Notes: a model not told the origin generated them from the letters alone. DNA of 50,838 nucleotides from Promethearchaeota archaeon (GCA_048939015.1 JBHLPW010000040.1:1-50838); one strand, 5' to 3'. Numbered from the stretch's first letter, positions 9,341 through 19,277 are shown. Translations and numbers: made by a program.

Positions 9341-10393
9341 ATGAAAATTGTTGACCTACGATCTGATACTGTTACTAAACCATCTCCCGAAATGTGGGAG
9401 GCATTAAGATCATTGAATGATTCCAAAATTGGAGATGATGTCGAAGGAGAAGATCCAACTGTAAATGAATTAGAAGAAAAAGCTGCAAAGACTATTGGAA
9501 AAGAAGCGGCAATATTTGTTACTTCTGGGACTCAAGGTAACCTTGTATCCCTTCTTTCACAAACTAAACCTGGTGATGAGGTTCTTTTAGAAGAGCTAAG
9601 TCATATATATAAAAATGAAGTTGGAAGTGCTGCTCGGATTGGAGGACTGATGATTAGAACTTATTCTTCAATTAAAGGTGTTCCTGCATATGACCAACTC
9701 CAAAAATTAGTACGAGATAAGGAGGATATACATGAACCACCAACTACACTCTTTTCTGTAGAAAACACACACAACTATCATGGAGGAGTAATTATCCAAC
9801 CAGATGTAATTAAAGATATAAAACAGTTCTCAATCAAAAATGATTTAAAATTGCATTTAGATGGTGCAAGGATATTTAACGCCGCTACTGCATTAAAAAT
9901 CCCTGTTACTGAGTTTACAAAACATGTTGATAGTGTAATGTTTTGTTTATCTAAAGGGCTTTCATGTCCAGTAGGATCAATTGTTGCAGGATCAAAAGAA
10001 TTAATTACAACTGCTAGGAGATATCGAAAGATGCTTGGTGGAGGTATGCGTCAAGCAGGTATAATTGCGTCTTTTGGCTTAGTAGCACTTGAACCAAAAT
10101 GGATTAAAAGACTAGAAGAAGATCATAAAAATGCTAAATTATTAGCTAATGGGATTGGTTCTTATGATTTACCTATTATAGCTAATAATCCACAAACTAA
10201 CATTGTACTTGTAGAACTTATGAAAAAGACGCACATATTTAAAATCGTGGCTGAACTTGGAAAAGAAGGGATTTTATGCTTTAATATAAGTAAAGAAAAA
10301 ATAAGATTTGTAACTCACTATGGAATTAATGAAGATGACATTGAACTTTCTATTGAAAAAATAGGGAATGTTTTAAGTAAATATTTAAAGTAA
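9341..10393 (+). CDS. ltaE: Low-specificity L-threonine aldolase (PLP-dependent)
   Basis: DLRSDTVTKP, GDD..EDPTV, SGTQGN, ENTHN, HLDGARIFNA, CLSKGL (PLP Lys), KMLGGGMRQAG. Confidence 0.93.
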   Translation: MKIVDLRSDTVTKPSPEMWEALRSLNDSKIGDDVEGEDPTVNELEEKAAKTIGKEAAIFVTSGTQGNLVSLLSQTKPGDEVLLEELSHIYKNEVGSAARIGGLMIRTYSSIKGVPAYDQLQKLVRDKEDIHEPPTTLFSVENTHNYHGGVIIQPDVIKDIKQFSIKNDLKLHLDGARIFNAATALKIPVTEFTKHVDSVMFCLSKGLSCPVGSIVAGSKELITTARRYRKMLGGGMRQAGIIASFGLVALEPKWIKRLEEDHKNAKLLANGIGSYDLPIIANNPQTNIVLVELMKKTHIFKIVAELGKEGILCFNISKEKIRFVTHYGINEDDIELSIEKIGNVLSKYLK

Positions 10394-10424
10394 TAATTAG
10401 ATAAATAAAAAAAATAAAAAAATT

Positions 10425-10955
10425 TTAGTCTTTTCTTAATTCTAAATTCTTTGCCTTATCTTCTGCCAAATCATAGTATTCAATGTCGTTTAACCCACCT
10501 TCTGGATTTTCCGTCCAATGAACTTTAATTGGCATGCCTACATATGTATCTTTAAATGTTATATCAGGGTTTAATTGAGTAGGATAACTTGTATCAGATC
10601 CATCAAGTTGAGCGCAAACAATTGGTCTTTCTTGAACTTCTCCAGTTTCGGGATCTTTTATATATGCGATTGTAAAGGTTGCTACTCGACCAGTTTCTCG
10701 TAAATCAACCCAACGGTCAGGCTTCACCATACATTTACCACATACAATTCTTGGGGGGAAAAATACTCTATTACAACTTGAACATTGTAATCCTACTAAT
10801 TTCTTCTGTTTTAATTTTTCTCTCATGGGTTCCATATGCGTGATATTGTATTTAAATTTATAACTAGATAAATACCAACTAGCAGGCATAGTTCTCGTTC
10901 TAACATATTCCTTTTTAATATATTCCATTGATTTTCTTCTTGTTAGTTTTGACAT
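10425..10955 (-). CDS. DUF35-family Zn-ribbon/OB-fold protein
   Basis: GLQCSSCNRVFFPPR.VCGKC plus QLDGSDT OB fold. Start placed at MSKL (10955), downstream of GGAGGT; the ORF-track start 10970 overlaps that site. Confidence 0.88.
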   Translation of the reverse strand: MSKLTRRKSMEYIKKEYVRTRTMPASWYLSSYKFKYNITHMEPMREKLKQKKLVGLQCSSCNRVFFPPRIVCGKCMVKPDRWVDLRETGRVATFTIAYIKDPETGEVQERPIVCAQLDGSDTSYPTQLNPDITFKDTYVGMPIKVHWTENPEGGLNDIEYYDLAEDKAKNLELRKD

Positions 10956-10973
10956 ACTATTTACCTCCATATT

Positions 10974-12221
10974 TTATTTAAACTTTCTAGCAGGTTCATC
11001 AGCCATTACCATCATAGTAATGAGATTAATATATCCACCCCAACCATGTCCTAAGCTTGTATGAACGGTTTTTGGGACTTGATTACTTGCTTTTCCCATG
11101 ATTTGTAAAGCTGCAACCGCAGGGCGTTCCATAGCAGAAGCTCCAATGGCATTAGTAGAATTAACTCCACCAGAGCAATTTATTGGTAATTCACCATTTA
11201 GCGCAGTTACACCCGTCTCATACATTTGCGACGCGGTATTTTCTTCGAATAAACCTAATTTCTCAACCCACATTAGTTCTTGATTAGGAAAGGGGGAGTA
11301 CACTTCTGCATAATCGATCTCTTTTCTTGGAAAAGAAATTCCAGCTTGTTGAAATGCTACATCAGAAGTTTTTTGAGCACCTAATTGTTCTGAAGGATCC
11401 AATTGACCTGAGCCACTACCACAATAACCTAGAATCCCGGTTTCTGTTGCAACACTTCCAACACCATTTACATATACAGGAATATCACAAATATTCTTAG
11501 CTTTTTCTTCTGTTGTAAAGAGCATAGCACACGCTCCATCTGATGCAGGACATACCATTCCATATCTTAAAGGATATGATATATAAGGAGTATCTAAAAC
11601 CTCTTCAATGGTTAACTTAGGCATTTTTAAGTGAGCCCACCATGTTTTAGCAGCATTATGTCTATTTTGAACTACTACTCGTGCTAAATCTTCTTCGGTT
11701 GTTTTGCTTTTCCGCATATAATTAGTAGCTTGATATGATGCAACCCCTATCGCAGCTCCAGCAGAAAATAGAAGTGTTAACTGATCATATGGAATACCTA
11801 AAGAGTTTAGAACAGATATTTCACCATATGCAACGCTAGCAAGACCTGTAGCGGTGTCACCTTGACTTTGTTGTTCAAAAGCAACTGCTAATACAGTATC
11901 TACCCCTGGTAATCCAGATGCAACAGAATAATATCCGGATATAGCTACTGAACCTCCTGTGGTACCGCCTGTTGTCACTCTCATTAAAGGTTTATTTCTA
12001 GCACCCATCCAATCTGTCATCCATAGTTCAGGTATGTTTGCGCCTTCAAAAGCAGGCATGTTACCATTTACAAACATATCAATATCGTCAATTTCGATAC
12101 TAGGTGCATTTTTTAAGCAATCTTTGATCGCTTCACTAATTAATTCTGGCATACTTACATCTGAGCGTTTTGAAGCGTGTTCACTAAAACCAGCACTCGC
12201 TATACATACTTGTCTTCCCAT
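10974..12221 (-). CDS. Thiolase-fold protein, Ltp3-like aldolase subunit (no catalytic Cys)
   Basis: KRSDVSMPELISEAI, FEG..IPELWMTD.MGA..KPLMRVTTGGTTGGS, AFEQQS, AEVYSPF. Resembles actinobacterial Ltp3 as I recall it. GGAGGGTGA site upstream. Confidence 0.8.
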   Translation of the reverse strand: MGRQVCIASAGFSEHASKRSDVSMPELISEAIKDCLKNAPSIEIDDIDMFVNGNMPAFEGANIPELWMTDWMGARNKPLMRVTTGGTTGGSVAISGYYSVASGLPGVDTVLAVAFEQQSQGDTATGLASVAYGEISVLNSLGIPYDQLTLLFSAGAAIGVASYQATNYMRKSKTTEEDLARVVVQNRHNAAKTWWAHLKMPKLTIEEVLDTPYISYPLRYGMVCPASDGACAMLFTTEEKAKNICDIPVYVNGVGSVATETGILGYCGSGSGQLDPSEQLGAQKTSDVAFQQAGISFPRKEIDYAEVYSPFPNQELMWVEKLGLFEENTASQMYETGVTALNGELPINCSGGVNSTNAIGASAMERPAVAALQIMGKASNQVPKTVHTSLGHGWGGYINLITMMVMADEPARKFK

Positions 12222-12223
12222 TT

Positions 12224-13366
12224 TTAATTATCACCCTCCAATACATATAAAATATTATTTTGAGAACACATTCCTATTTGACCTGAAGCAATTGCCTTGT
12301 TAGCATTTTTAACTTGATAACCTTTTGCTTCTCCTCTAATTTGTTTTACCGCTTCAATAATTCTTATTAACCCTGTCGCGCACAAAGGATTTCCTCCTAA
12401 AGCACCTCCTGAAGGATTCACTGGAAAATCACCTCCAATTTCAGCATTTAAATCTGCTCCTTTTCCTTTCTCAGCAAGTCCTAATGACTCAATAAAAATC
12501 AATTCTTCATGAGCAAATGCTTCATATAGCTCCGCTACATCAATTTGAGTATTAGGATCATTAATGCCGGCAGCTTTGAATGCCATTTTACCAGCTAATT
12601 CCATGGATTTGCTAGTAGATAAATCCCGATCTCCAAGATAATAAGTTTCCTGATTTAGACCTACACCAGTAATCCAAACAGGATTATCAGTTATCTTTTT
12701 TGCTTGTTTTTCAGGAGCTAACAACAATGCTGCAACACCATCACAGGGTTGAGCTACCATTAATTCAGTTACAGGATCAGAATAAATATCAGATTCTAAT
12801 ACATCTTTCACAGTTAAATTAGTATTCTGTGCTTCTGCTAGTGCTAATGGATTATTAGCAGCATTTTTCCGATTCTTTACAGCAGTTTTAGCAATTTCTT
12901 CTGCATTTATTCCATATTTTTCCATATAGGCTCTCATCTGAAATCCTGCAGAAGTAACATCATTAACGTAAGTATTTGGACGTTCCCAGGTTGGATCTGT
13001 TTCATATAAACGAACAGTGTGGGATGGAAATGAAGATGCCATACTCCCACCCCATACAACGGCTAATTTGTGGTTACCAGATAACACTCGCATTAATCCA
13101 TATAAAACAGCATGTGCTCCATCCATTTCAACTTTTGATTCATCTGTCAAATAACCTCCTCCTGGTTCAACTGTTAGTGAGTTTGAAATAGTACGCCCAT
13201 CATAATAATCGTTAGTGGCAGATACAACTGTAGTTATATCTTTCTTTTTCAATCCAGCATTATCTAAAGCTCCTCTTACAGCTTCAAATATCATTTCATA
13301 TCTACCATAATTAGCATCTGAATATAGTTTTACCTGATTAAACCCAACTATAGCTACTTTTTCCAC
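12224..13366 (-). CDS. Thiolase-fold protein, Ltp4-like subunit (no catalytic Cys)
   Basis: VAIVGFNQ, SATNDYYDGRTIS, ESKVEMDGAHA (cf. Ltp4 ESHVEMDAAWA as recalled), AELYEAF, VNPSGGAL..NP..ATGLIRI. GTG start after GAGGTGA. Confidence 0.8.
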   Translation of the reverse strand: MEKVAIVGFNQVKLYSDANYGRYEMIFEAVRGALDNAGLKKKDITTVVSATNDYYDGRTISNSLTVEPGGGYLTDESKVEMDGAHAVLYGLMRVLSGNHKLAVVWGGSMASSFPSHTVRLYETDPTWERPNTYVNDVTSAGFQMRAYMEKYGINAEEIAKTAVKNRKNAANNPLALAEAQNTNLTVKDVLESDIYSDPVTELMVAQPCDGVAALLLAPEKQAKKITDNPVWITGVGLNQETYYLGDRDLSTSKSMELAGKMAFKAAGINDPNTQIDVAELYEAFAHEELIFIESLGLAEKGKGADLNAEIGGDFPVNPSGGALGGNPLCATGLIRIIEAVKQIRGEAKGYQVKNANKAIASGQIGMCSQNNILYVLEGDN

Positions 13367-13380
13367 TCTAATATCACCTC

Positions 13381-13842
13381 TTATACTTTAGAAAAACCCT
13401 TTATATCTGAAGGGTCTCCCTTTGTTGCTTCTTCCCAGTCAACTTTAACTTTCATTCCTATTTTCACTTCTTCAGGTTCTATATTTAATAGCCGATAAAC
13501 TATCGACGTATTACTTCCATCTAACTGAACCATACCAATTATTTGAGGTTTCTTGACTTTTCTACTAGCTCTATCATTTATTTTATAATATGTTATTGTA
13601 TAATTCTTTAGTATTCCAGTGTCTGGTAAATCCACCCAATTCTGATCCAAAGGAATCGTTTCGTTACATTTTCCACATATTTTTCTTGGCGGAACAAAGA
13701 CATCTCCACACTTAAGGCATTTATTCCCAATAATTTTCTTATTTTCAAGAGCATCGTAAAATTTATCCATATATTGACCAACCCAAAAAGCAAATTCAGC
13801 TCTTATAATTCCCTTATTAGCAACAACTACTTTTTCAGTCAT
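13381..13842 (-). CDS. DUF35-family Zn-ribbon/OB-fold protein
   Basis: GNKCLKCGDVFVPPRKICGKC, VQLDGS, VKIGMKVKVDW. Confidence 0.9.
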   Translation of the reverse strand: MTEKVVVANKGIIRAEFAFWVGQYMDKFYDALENKKIIGNKCLKCGDVFVPPRKICGKCNETIPLDQNWVDLPDTGILKNYTITYYKINDRASRKVKKPQIIGMVQLDGSNTSIVYRLLNIEPEEVKIGMKVKVDWEEATKGDPSDIKGFSKV

Positions 13843-13913
13843 AATTTTTATTTTTTTTTTAATTTTAAATTATATAATGATTAATATTGTGATTAGTAGT
13901 ATTTATAATTTTG

Positions 13914-13935
13914 AAAACCGCTAATTACCGTTTTT
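13914..13935. promoter_or_regulatory. Candidate operator (imperfect palindrome) in a divergent promoter region
   Basis: AAAACCGC-TAATTA-CCGTTTTT, a dyad with two mismatched pairs, next to TATA-like TTTATAA at 13902-13908. Confidence 0.3.
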
Positions 13936-14025
13936 TACATTTTAATATACTTATTAAATAATTTTAAGAGAAATGAGTAATATTCACACTCAAATACATT
14001 AATTAAATTTAAAGAGTTGACATAA

Positions 14026-15306
14026 ATGGCTATAAAAAAAGGAGATGTGCAATGTATTAATGATGAGATCCTTGAAAAGCTTTCTTTAAAGAATCGATAT
14101 AAGTTCTTGAACTACAACCTTATGTCTTATTTGCCAAAAGAACAATTAGATTTCCTTAAAAAAGCTCAAAAGTTCTTTGTGGGTTATGAAAAAAAGAATA
14201 ATATAACCCATACTGAAGATTTTTATAATTGGATTCCTGATATTGGACAAGAAGGTTTAATAACAAGAATGAATAAATTTGAATTTCTTGACTTGAATTT
14301 TGAACCTTATGGATTAACTGCTGAATTTATGAGAACATTAGCTACTGACTTTTTTGATCCCCAACTCACAATGGGTATGGGAGCTAATGTTTTAGCAATC
14401 AATCCACTAATAGGGCATCATGAAGATATTGATCTTCGCTTAAAAGCGCTAAAAGAACTAGTTACTGGACAAAAAAACGGTTGTATATGTATAACAGAAC
14501 CAGAAAGAGGGTCTGACGCGGTCCACATGCTAACTACTTGTGAAGAACAAGAAAATGGAAGTTTTCTTCTTAACGGAGAGAAAATATATCAAACAAATGG
14601 TCCTAAGGCAGATTGGGCAATTATTTATGCAGTTACAGAGGAAAATAGCGGAAATACAATGGGACAATTCTTAGCTGATACAAGTTGGGAAGGCTGGAAT
14701 GTAGAAAGAATAAACATTCCTTGGACACCTCGGATTTACATTGGCAAAGAGACATTGACAAATTTAAGAGTTCCTCCAGACTACGTTTTAGGTAAACCAG
14801 GACAAGGGCGAGAACATCTTTTTGAAGGATTAAATTTAGAACGATTAGGAATTGTCATTTTAAACGCAGCAGAAGCTTGGAATGCTATAACTCATGCAGT
14901 AATCTATGCTAATATGAGAAAACAGTTTAATCAAGAAATTTTAAAATATCAAGGAGTCGGATTTCCTTTAGCAGATCTATGGGCAGAAACTATGAATCTT
15001 ACTTTATCCGCATTAAATATATGTCAAATGGTAGACAAAAAAATGGAACAATTTGGAGCTCTTCCTAAAGAATTCAGTTTAGCGTTAATGGCTACAGCCT
15101 CCCAATTAAAATCAGTAAGTGCTAAGATAAGTCAAAGGACGGCTTATGAATGCTCTAATCTTATGGGTGGTGCTGGAGTATGTGATAACACGTTAATGCA
15201 GGATTTACTGGGGATAACTAGAATTCAGGAAATAGGGGGAGGTACAAGACAAATTCAGCAATATATTATGAGTTTAACATTACGACAGATATTTAAACTT
15301 CTCTAA
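14026..15306 (+). CDS. Acyl-CoA dehydrogenase family protein
   Basis: CITEPERGSD, LNGEKIYQTNG, LNLERL, RKQFNQ.I.KYQGV.F.LAD, MGGAG, EIGGGT. Confidence 0.92.
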   Translation: MAIKKGDVQCINDEILEKLSLKNRYKFLNYNLMSYLPKEQLDFLKKAQKFFVGYEKKNNITHTEDFYNWIPDIGQEGLITRMNKFEFLDLNFEPYGLTAEFMRTLATDFFDPQLTMGMGANVLAINPLIGHHEDIDLRLKALKELVTGQKNGCICITEPERGSDAVHMLTTCEEQENGSFLLNGEKIYQTNGPKADWAIIYAVTEENSGNTMGQFLADTSWEGWNVERINIPWTPRIYIGKETLTNLRVPPDYVLGKPGQGREHLFEGLNLERLGIVILNAAEAWNAITHAVIYANMRKQFNQEILKYQGVGFPLADLWAETMNLTLSALNICQMVDKKMEQFGALPKEFSLALMATASQLKSVSAKISQRTAYECSNLMGGAGVCDNTLMQDLLGITRIQEIGGGTRQIQQYIMSLTLRQIFKLL

Positions 15307-15320
15307 TTTTTTTTTTATTT
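15307..15320 (+). terminator. Archaeal-type oligo-T terminator
   Basis: T10 run directly after the stop codon. Confidence 0.5.
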
Positions 15321-15355
15321 AAATTACATTTCTCTTAACTTAACCATAATTTAAA

Positions 15356-15384
15356 TAGGAAGTGTATATTTTCTTCATTTCCTA
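15356..15384. promoter_or_regulatory. Inverted repeat upstream of acyl-CoA ligase (operator or RNA hairpin candidate)
   Basis: TAGGAAGTG-N11-CATTTCCTA, 9-bp arms with one G-T pair. Confidence 0.3.
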
Positions 15385-15467
15385 CAAAATATTGAAAAAA
15401 AAAAGGTTAATTTTTATAAACTATAAAGATGAAATTAATTAAGTATCTTTAAAAAAAAGTGATATAG

Positions 15468-17189
15468 TTGGCTCAACAAATGAGTAGTGAAAAATTTTGG
15501 TTAAAATCGTATGATAAACACGTTCCTGCTTCTTTAACTTATCCAACAGAAGATATTGGAATGATGTTAATACAAAAAATGAATCAATATGCTGAGAATG
15601 TAGGAATTCATTTTATGGATCGTACTTTTCTCTTTGGAGAAATACTAGAACATTCTCAGAGATTAGCAACTTTCTTACAGAAAAATGGTATGAATAAAGG
15701 TGATGTACTTGCCATATGTCTTCCAAATTCACCCCAATACCTCTTTGCTGTTTATGGGACGTATATAGCTGGTGGAACCGTTACAGGATGTTCACCATTG
15801 TTAAGTCCAGAGGAAATAGTATACCAAATGAAAGATTCAGGTGCTAAATTCTTAGTTACAATGGATATACTTCATGAAAAGGTCTTCTCGAAGATATATG
15901 ATCGCTTAAATAATTTGAAAGTAATAATTCCAACAAATGTTTCGGAGTTTATGGGATTTGGCGGTTTTAAAGTATTCATGGGAAAATTAATAAAAAAAAT
16001 CCCAAAAGGTAAACTTATCCCTTGGCCAGGAAAAACAGTTGTTCCGTTTCTAGAAGCACTAGCTACTGAAATTGATTTAAAAAAGGTAGATATTGATCCA
16101 AAAAAAGATATTGCTCTAATACAATATACTGGAGGAACCACTGGTCTTCCAAAGGGAGTTGAGATCCTTCATACTAATTTAATGTCAAATATTCATCAAT
16201 TTGATGTTTGGCTTGACAGAGAGAAAGGTAAAGAAATACTGCTTTCGGCATTTCCTTTCTTCCACGTAGCGGGTTTCTTAATTGGACTTTTTTTGGCCTA
16301 TTTAGGTGGAACACAAATACTAATAGCAAATCCAAGAGATACTGATCATATAATAAAGGAAATAATTGATAAAAAACCCACAAGCTTTGGTAATGTACCA
16401 ACACTGTTTTTAATGATCCAAAACAATCCCATGTCAAAAAAAATCCCAACAGAAGTATTAGATAATATTACATTATATGTTAGTGGTGCTGCACCTTTTC
16501 CGCCAGAAGCTATAAGAGAGTTTGAAAAACAATTTCACTCAGAGAATAAATTTGTGGAAGTTTATGGGATGACTGAAACAGCTGTAGTGATATGTGCTAA
16601 TCCAATGTATGGGGAAAAAAAGATTGGAACTGTTGGATTACCTTGGCCAGATACAGATATTAAATTAATAGATACAGAAACGGGTACTGAAGTAAAAGAG
16701 TTTGGACAACCAGGAGAAATTTTAATAAAAGGCCCTTCGGTAGCAAAACAATACCATAACAAACCTGAAGCTACAGCAGTCACGTTTGATAAAGATGGAT
16801 ATGTCCACACGGGTGATGTTGGTGTTTTTGATGAAGATGGATATCTCAAGATTGTAGATCGTACAAAAGATATGCTTATAGTAAGTGGTTTCAAAGTTTA
16901 CAGTGTTCACGTTGAAGAAGTAATGACTAAACATCCTGATATTCAAATTATTGCAATAATAGGAGTTCCTAATCCTGATAGACCTGGAGCAGAAATTGTT
17001 AAAGCAGTTATACAATTAAAAGAAGGTGTAGAAGAATCTGACGCTGTTAAAGAAAGTATCAAAAAATATTCTGAAGAAAATCTCTCAAAATATGAAGTTC
17101 CTAAAATATGGGAATTTAAGGAAGAGCTTCCTCTAACTCTAGTTGGAAAGGTCCTGAAAAAGGCATTAAGAGAAGAAGAATCAAAATAG
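15468..17189 (+). CDS. Long-chain-fatty-acid--CoA ligase (FadD-like)
   Basis: QYTGGTTGLPKG, PFFHVAG, YGMTET, HTGD, IVDRTKDML, LTLVGKVLK. TTG start (ATG 15480 alternative). Confidence 0.92.
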   Translation: MAQQMSSEKFWLKSYDKHVPASLTYPTEDIGMMLIQKMNQYAENVGIHFMDRTFLFGEILEHSQRLATFLQKNGMNKGDVLAICLPNSPQYLFAVYGTYIAGGTVTGCSPLLSPEEIVYQMKDSGAKFLVTMDILHEKVFSKIYDRLNNLKVIIPTNVSEFMGFGGFKVFMGKLIKKIPKGKLIPWPGKTVVPFLEALATEIDLKKVDIDPKKDIALIQYTGGTTGLPKGVEILHTNLMSNIHQFDVWLDREKGKEILLSAFPFFHVAGFLIGLFLAYLGGTQILIANPRDTDHIIKEIIDKKPTSFGNVPTLFLMIQNNPMSKKIPTEVLDNITLYVSGAAPFPPEAIREFEKQFHSENKFVEVYGMTETAVVICANPMYGEKKIGTVGLPWPDTDIKLIDTETGTEVKEFGQPGEILIKGPSVAKQYHNKPEATAVTFDKDGYVHTGDVGVFDEDGYLKIVDRTKDMLIVSGFKVYSVHVEEVMTKHPDIQIIAIIGVPNPDRPGAEIVKAVIQLKEGVEESDAVKESIKKYSEENLSKYEVPKIWEFKEELPLTLVGKVLKKALREEESK

Positions 17190-17204
17190 TTCTCCTAAAA
17201 TTTC

Positions 17205-17222
17205 TCTTTTTTTATTTTTTTT
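17205..17222 (+). terminator. Oligo-T terminator
   Basis: Two T7-8 tracts just after the ligase stop codon. Confidence 0.45.
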
Positions 17223-17449
17223 ATACATATTGAATTTAAAATTAAATTTCAATCTCTTTCTTAATTTTATTTAAAATATTTAGAAAATAATGAAATGTAG
17301 CCGCTTATATCATTTAAATAGGTATAAACCTATTATAAAATTATAGATTTATTTAAAATGACTGAGATTATTGATAATTTTAGTTATTTTATAAACATAC
17401 CTTTATCTTTAAAACTAAAATAATATAATAGTGTAGAGCTGTTTCTCAT

Positions 17450-18382
17450 TTGATAAATTTTGAAAGAGAACAAAAAATTTTGAATATATGTGGAATTAAA
17501 ATTGGTGGGAAAATAGGTGAGAATCCTACAGTATTAATTGGCAGTATTTTTACTAAAGGAGATAAATTAGTATTAAATGAAAAATTAGGGGTTATTAATA
17601 AGAAAGAGGCAGAAAGACTAATTTATTATCAAAAAGAAATTTCTGATATGAGTGGAAATCCTTGTATGTTAGATATTGCTGGGATTAATAAACTTACTCT
17701 TCAAAAATGTATTGATTTTGTTGCTGGGTTAACAAAAGATCCATTTTTATTAAATGCACCAACAAATATCAGAATAAATCTTCTAAAACATTTAGAAGAA
17801 ATTGGATTAATTGAAAGACTTATTTATAATTCCATTAATTATACCGTCATAGATAATGAATTATTAGCTATAAGAAAATACAACGTTAAATCTGCATTAA
17901 TTCAATCTTTAAACCCAAGGAATCCCAAAATCAATGGGATGTTGGATACTTTATTAGGTAAAGATGAAAATACTGGTTTAATTAAAAAAGCACAAATGGC
18001 AGGAATTAAGAATCTGTTATTATTCACAAATGTATTTGAACTCCCTACAATAGGAATTGCCTCAAGAGGAATATATAGACTAAAACAAGAATCTGGTTTT
18101 CCAACTGGAACCGCACCTACAGGAATAATTGGTAGATGGTGTCTAAAAAATAATACGTTTAATGGTGATTTTAAAAAAGCATGTGAGACTACCGGATCAA
18201 CATTAGCTCAGGCTATGGGTGCTGATTATATAATATATGGAACAATAAAAAAAGCAGAATACATTTTTCCTGCCGTTGCTATAGTAGATGCAATGATTGC
18301 TTTAAATTCAAGAATATCATTTAAAAATAAAATATTAAATAATAAACATCCAATAAATAAACTCTATTTTCCTCTAAATTAA
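17450..18382 (+). CDS. mtrH: Standalone MtrH-family methyltetrahydropterin:corrinoid methyltransferase, divergent
   Basis: FEREQKI..I.G.KIGG..GENPTVLIGSIF, SGNPCMLD, IYNSIN, MGADYIIYG, FPAVAIVDA, HPINKL. No other mtr genes adjacent. Confidence 0.8.
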   Translation: MINFEREQKILNICGIKIGGKIGENPTVLIGSIFTKGDKLVLNEKLGVINKKEAERLIYYQKEISDMSGNPCMLDIAGINKLTLQKCIDFVAGLTKDPFLLNAPTNIRINLLKHLEEIGLIERLIYNSINYTVIDNELLAIRKYNVKSALIQSLNPRNPKINGMLDTLLGKDENTGLIKKAQMAGIKNLLLFTNVFELPTIGIASRGIYRLKQESGFPTGTAPTGIIGRWCLKNNTFNGDFKKACETTGSTLAQAMGADYIIYGTIKKAEYIFPAVAIVDAMIALNSRISFKNKILNNKHPINKLYFPLN

Positions 18383-18461
18383 GATTAATTTTAAAATTAA
18401 ATTTAAATATTCCAAAATTCAAAACTTATTCAATATTAAAAATTTAATTTTACGATTAATT

Positions 18462-19277
18462 ATGCGAATAGAAGATTTTGAAGATATTATTTATGAAAAG
18501 GAAGATAATGGTATATGTACAGCCACTATTTCAAGACCAGAGGCTAGAAATGCAGTAACTTACATAAGTTTCTTAGAGATGTATTATGTTCTAGAAGATA
18601 TGGAAAAAGATAGAAATGCCAGAGTACTTATTATAACAGGAGATCCTAGAGGGAATGCTTTCACATCTGGAGGTTTTTTTAAACCAGAAATGATTGAACA
18701 AATGAGAAAATATCCTGAAATTGATCTAATGGATATTGCTCAAAAAAAGGTTTGTATGAAATTCTGGAACTTTAGTAAACCAGTCATCGTTGCAATTAAT
18801 GGAATGGCTATTGGAGGAGGTATTACAATGCCTTTAGCAGGGGCTGATTTAATATATATGGCAGAAGATGCTTGGCTGGGATTTTTTTTCTCTAAAAGAG
18901 GTATAATCCCAGAATTTGGTTGCTCATTTCTATTACCATTACTAGTGGGTTTTCAAAAAGCAAAAGAAATATGTTATTTTGGAGAAAAAATTACTGCACA
19001 GAAAGCTCTCGATCTTGGACTTATAAATAAAGTTTTACCCTCAAAAGATTTAATCCCTTATGCAAGAGAACAAGCTATAAGATTGATACCTCCAAAGGGT
19101 CCTAGTTTGTCATTAAAATTGATGAAAAAGACAATGCATGCTTATTTTAGAGATATTATAGAAAGAACTTTAGATTTAGAAAATAGAGGTTTAAGAAAAA
19201 CTTTTACATCAAAAGATTTTAATGAATCCATGAATGCTATCAAAGAAAAAAGAGATCCAGTGTTCGTTGGGCGTTAA
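18462..19277 (+). CDS. Enoyl-CoA hydratase/isomerase (crotonase), isomerase-like residue pattern
   Basis: RPEARNA, AFTSGG, KPVIVAINGMAIGGG, RGIIPEFG, EKRDPVF. Lacks the two canonical hydratase Glu residues but has an acidic residue at the PaaG-like position. Confidence 0.88.
   Translation: MRIEDFEDIIYEKEDNGICTATISRPEARNAVTYISFLEMYYVLEDMEKDRNARVLIITGDPRGNAFTSGGFFKPEMIEQMRKYPEIDLMDIAQKKVCMKFWNFSKPVIVAINGMAIGGGITMPLAGADLIYMAEDAWLGFFFSKRGIIPEFGCSFLLPLLVGFQKAKEICYFGEKITAQKALDLGLINKVLPSKDLIPYAREQAIRLIPPKGPSLSLKLMKKTMHAYFRDIIERTLDLENRGLRKTFTSKDFNESMNAIKEKRDPVFVGR

Noticed and set aside
17450-18382. Evidence for methanogenesis
   Set aside because: A lone MtrH without mtrA-G or mcr is not diagnostic.
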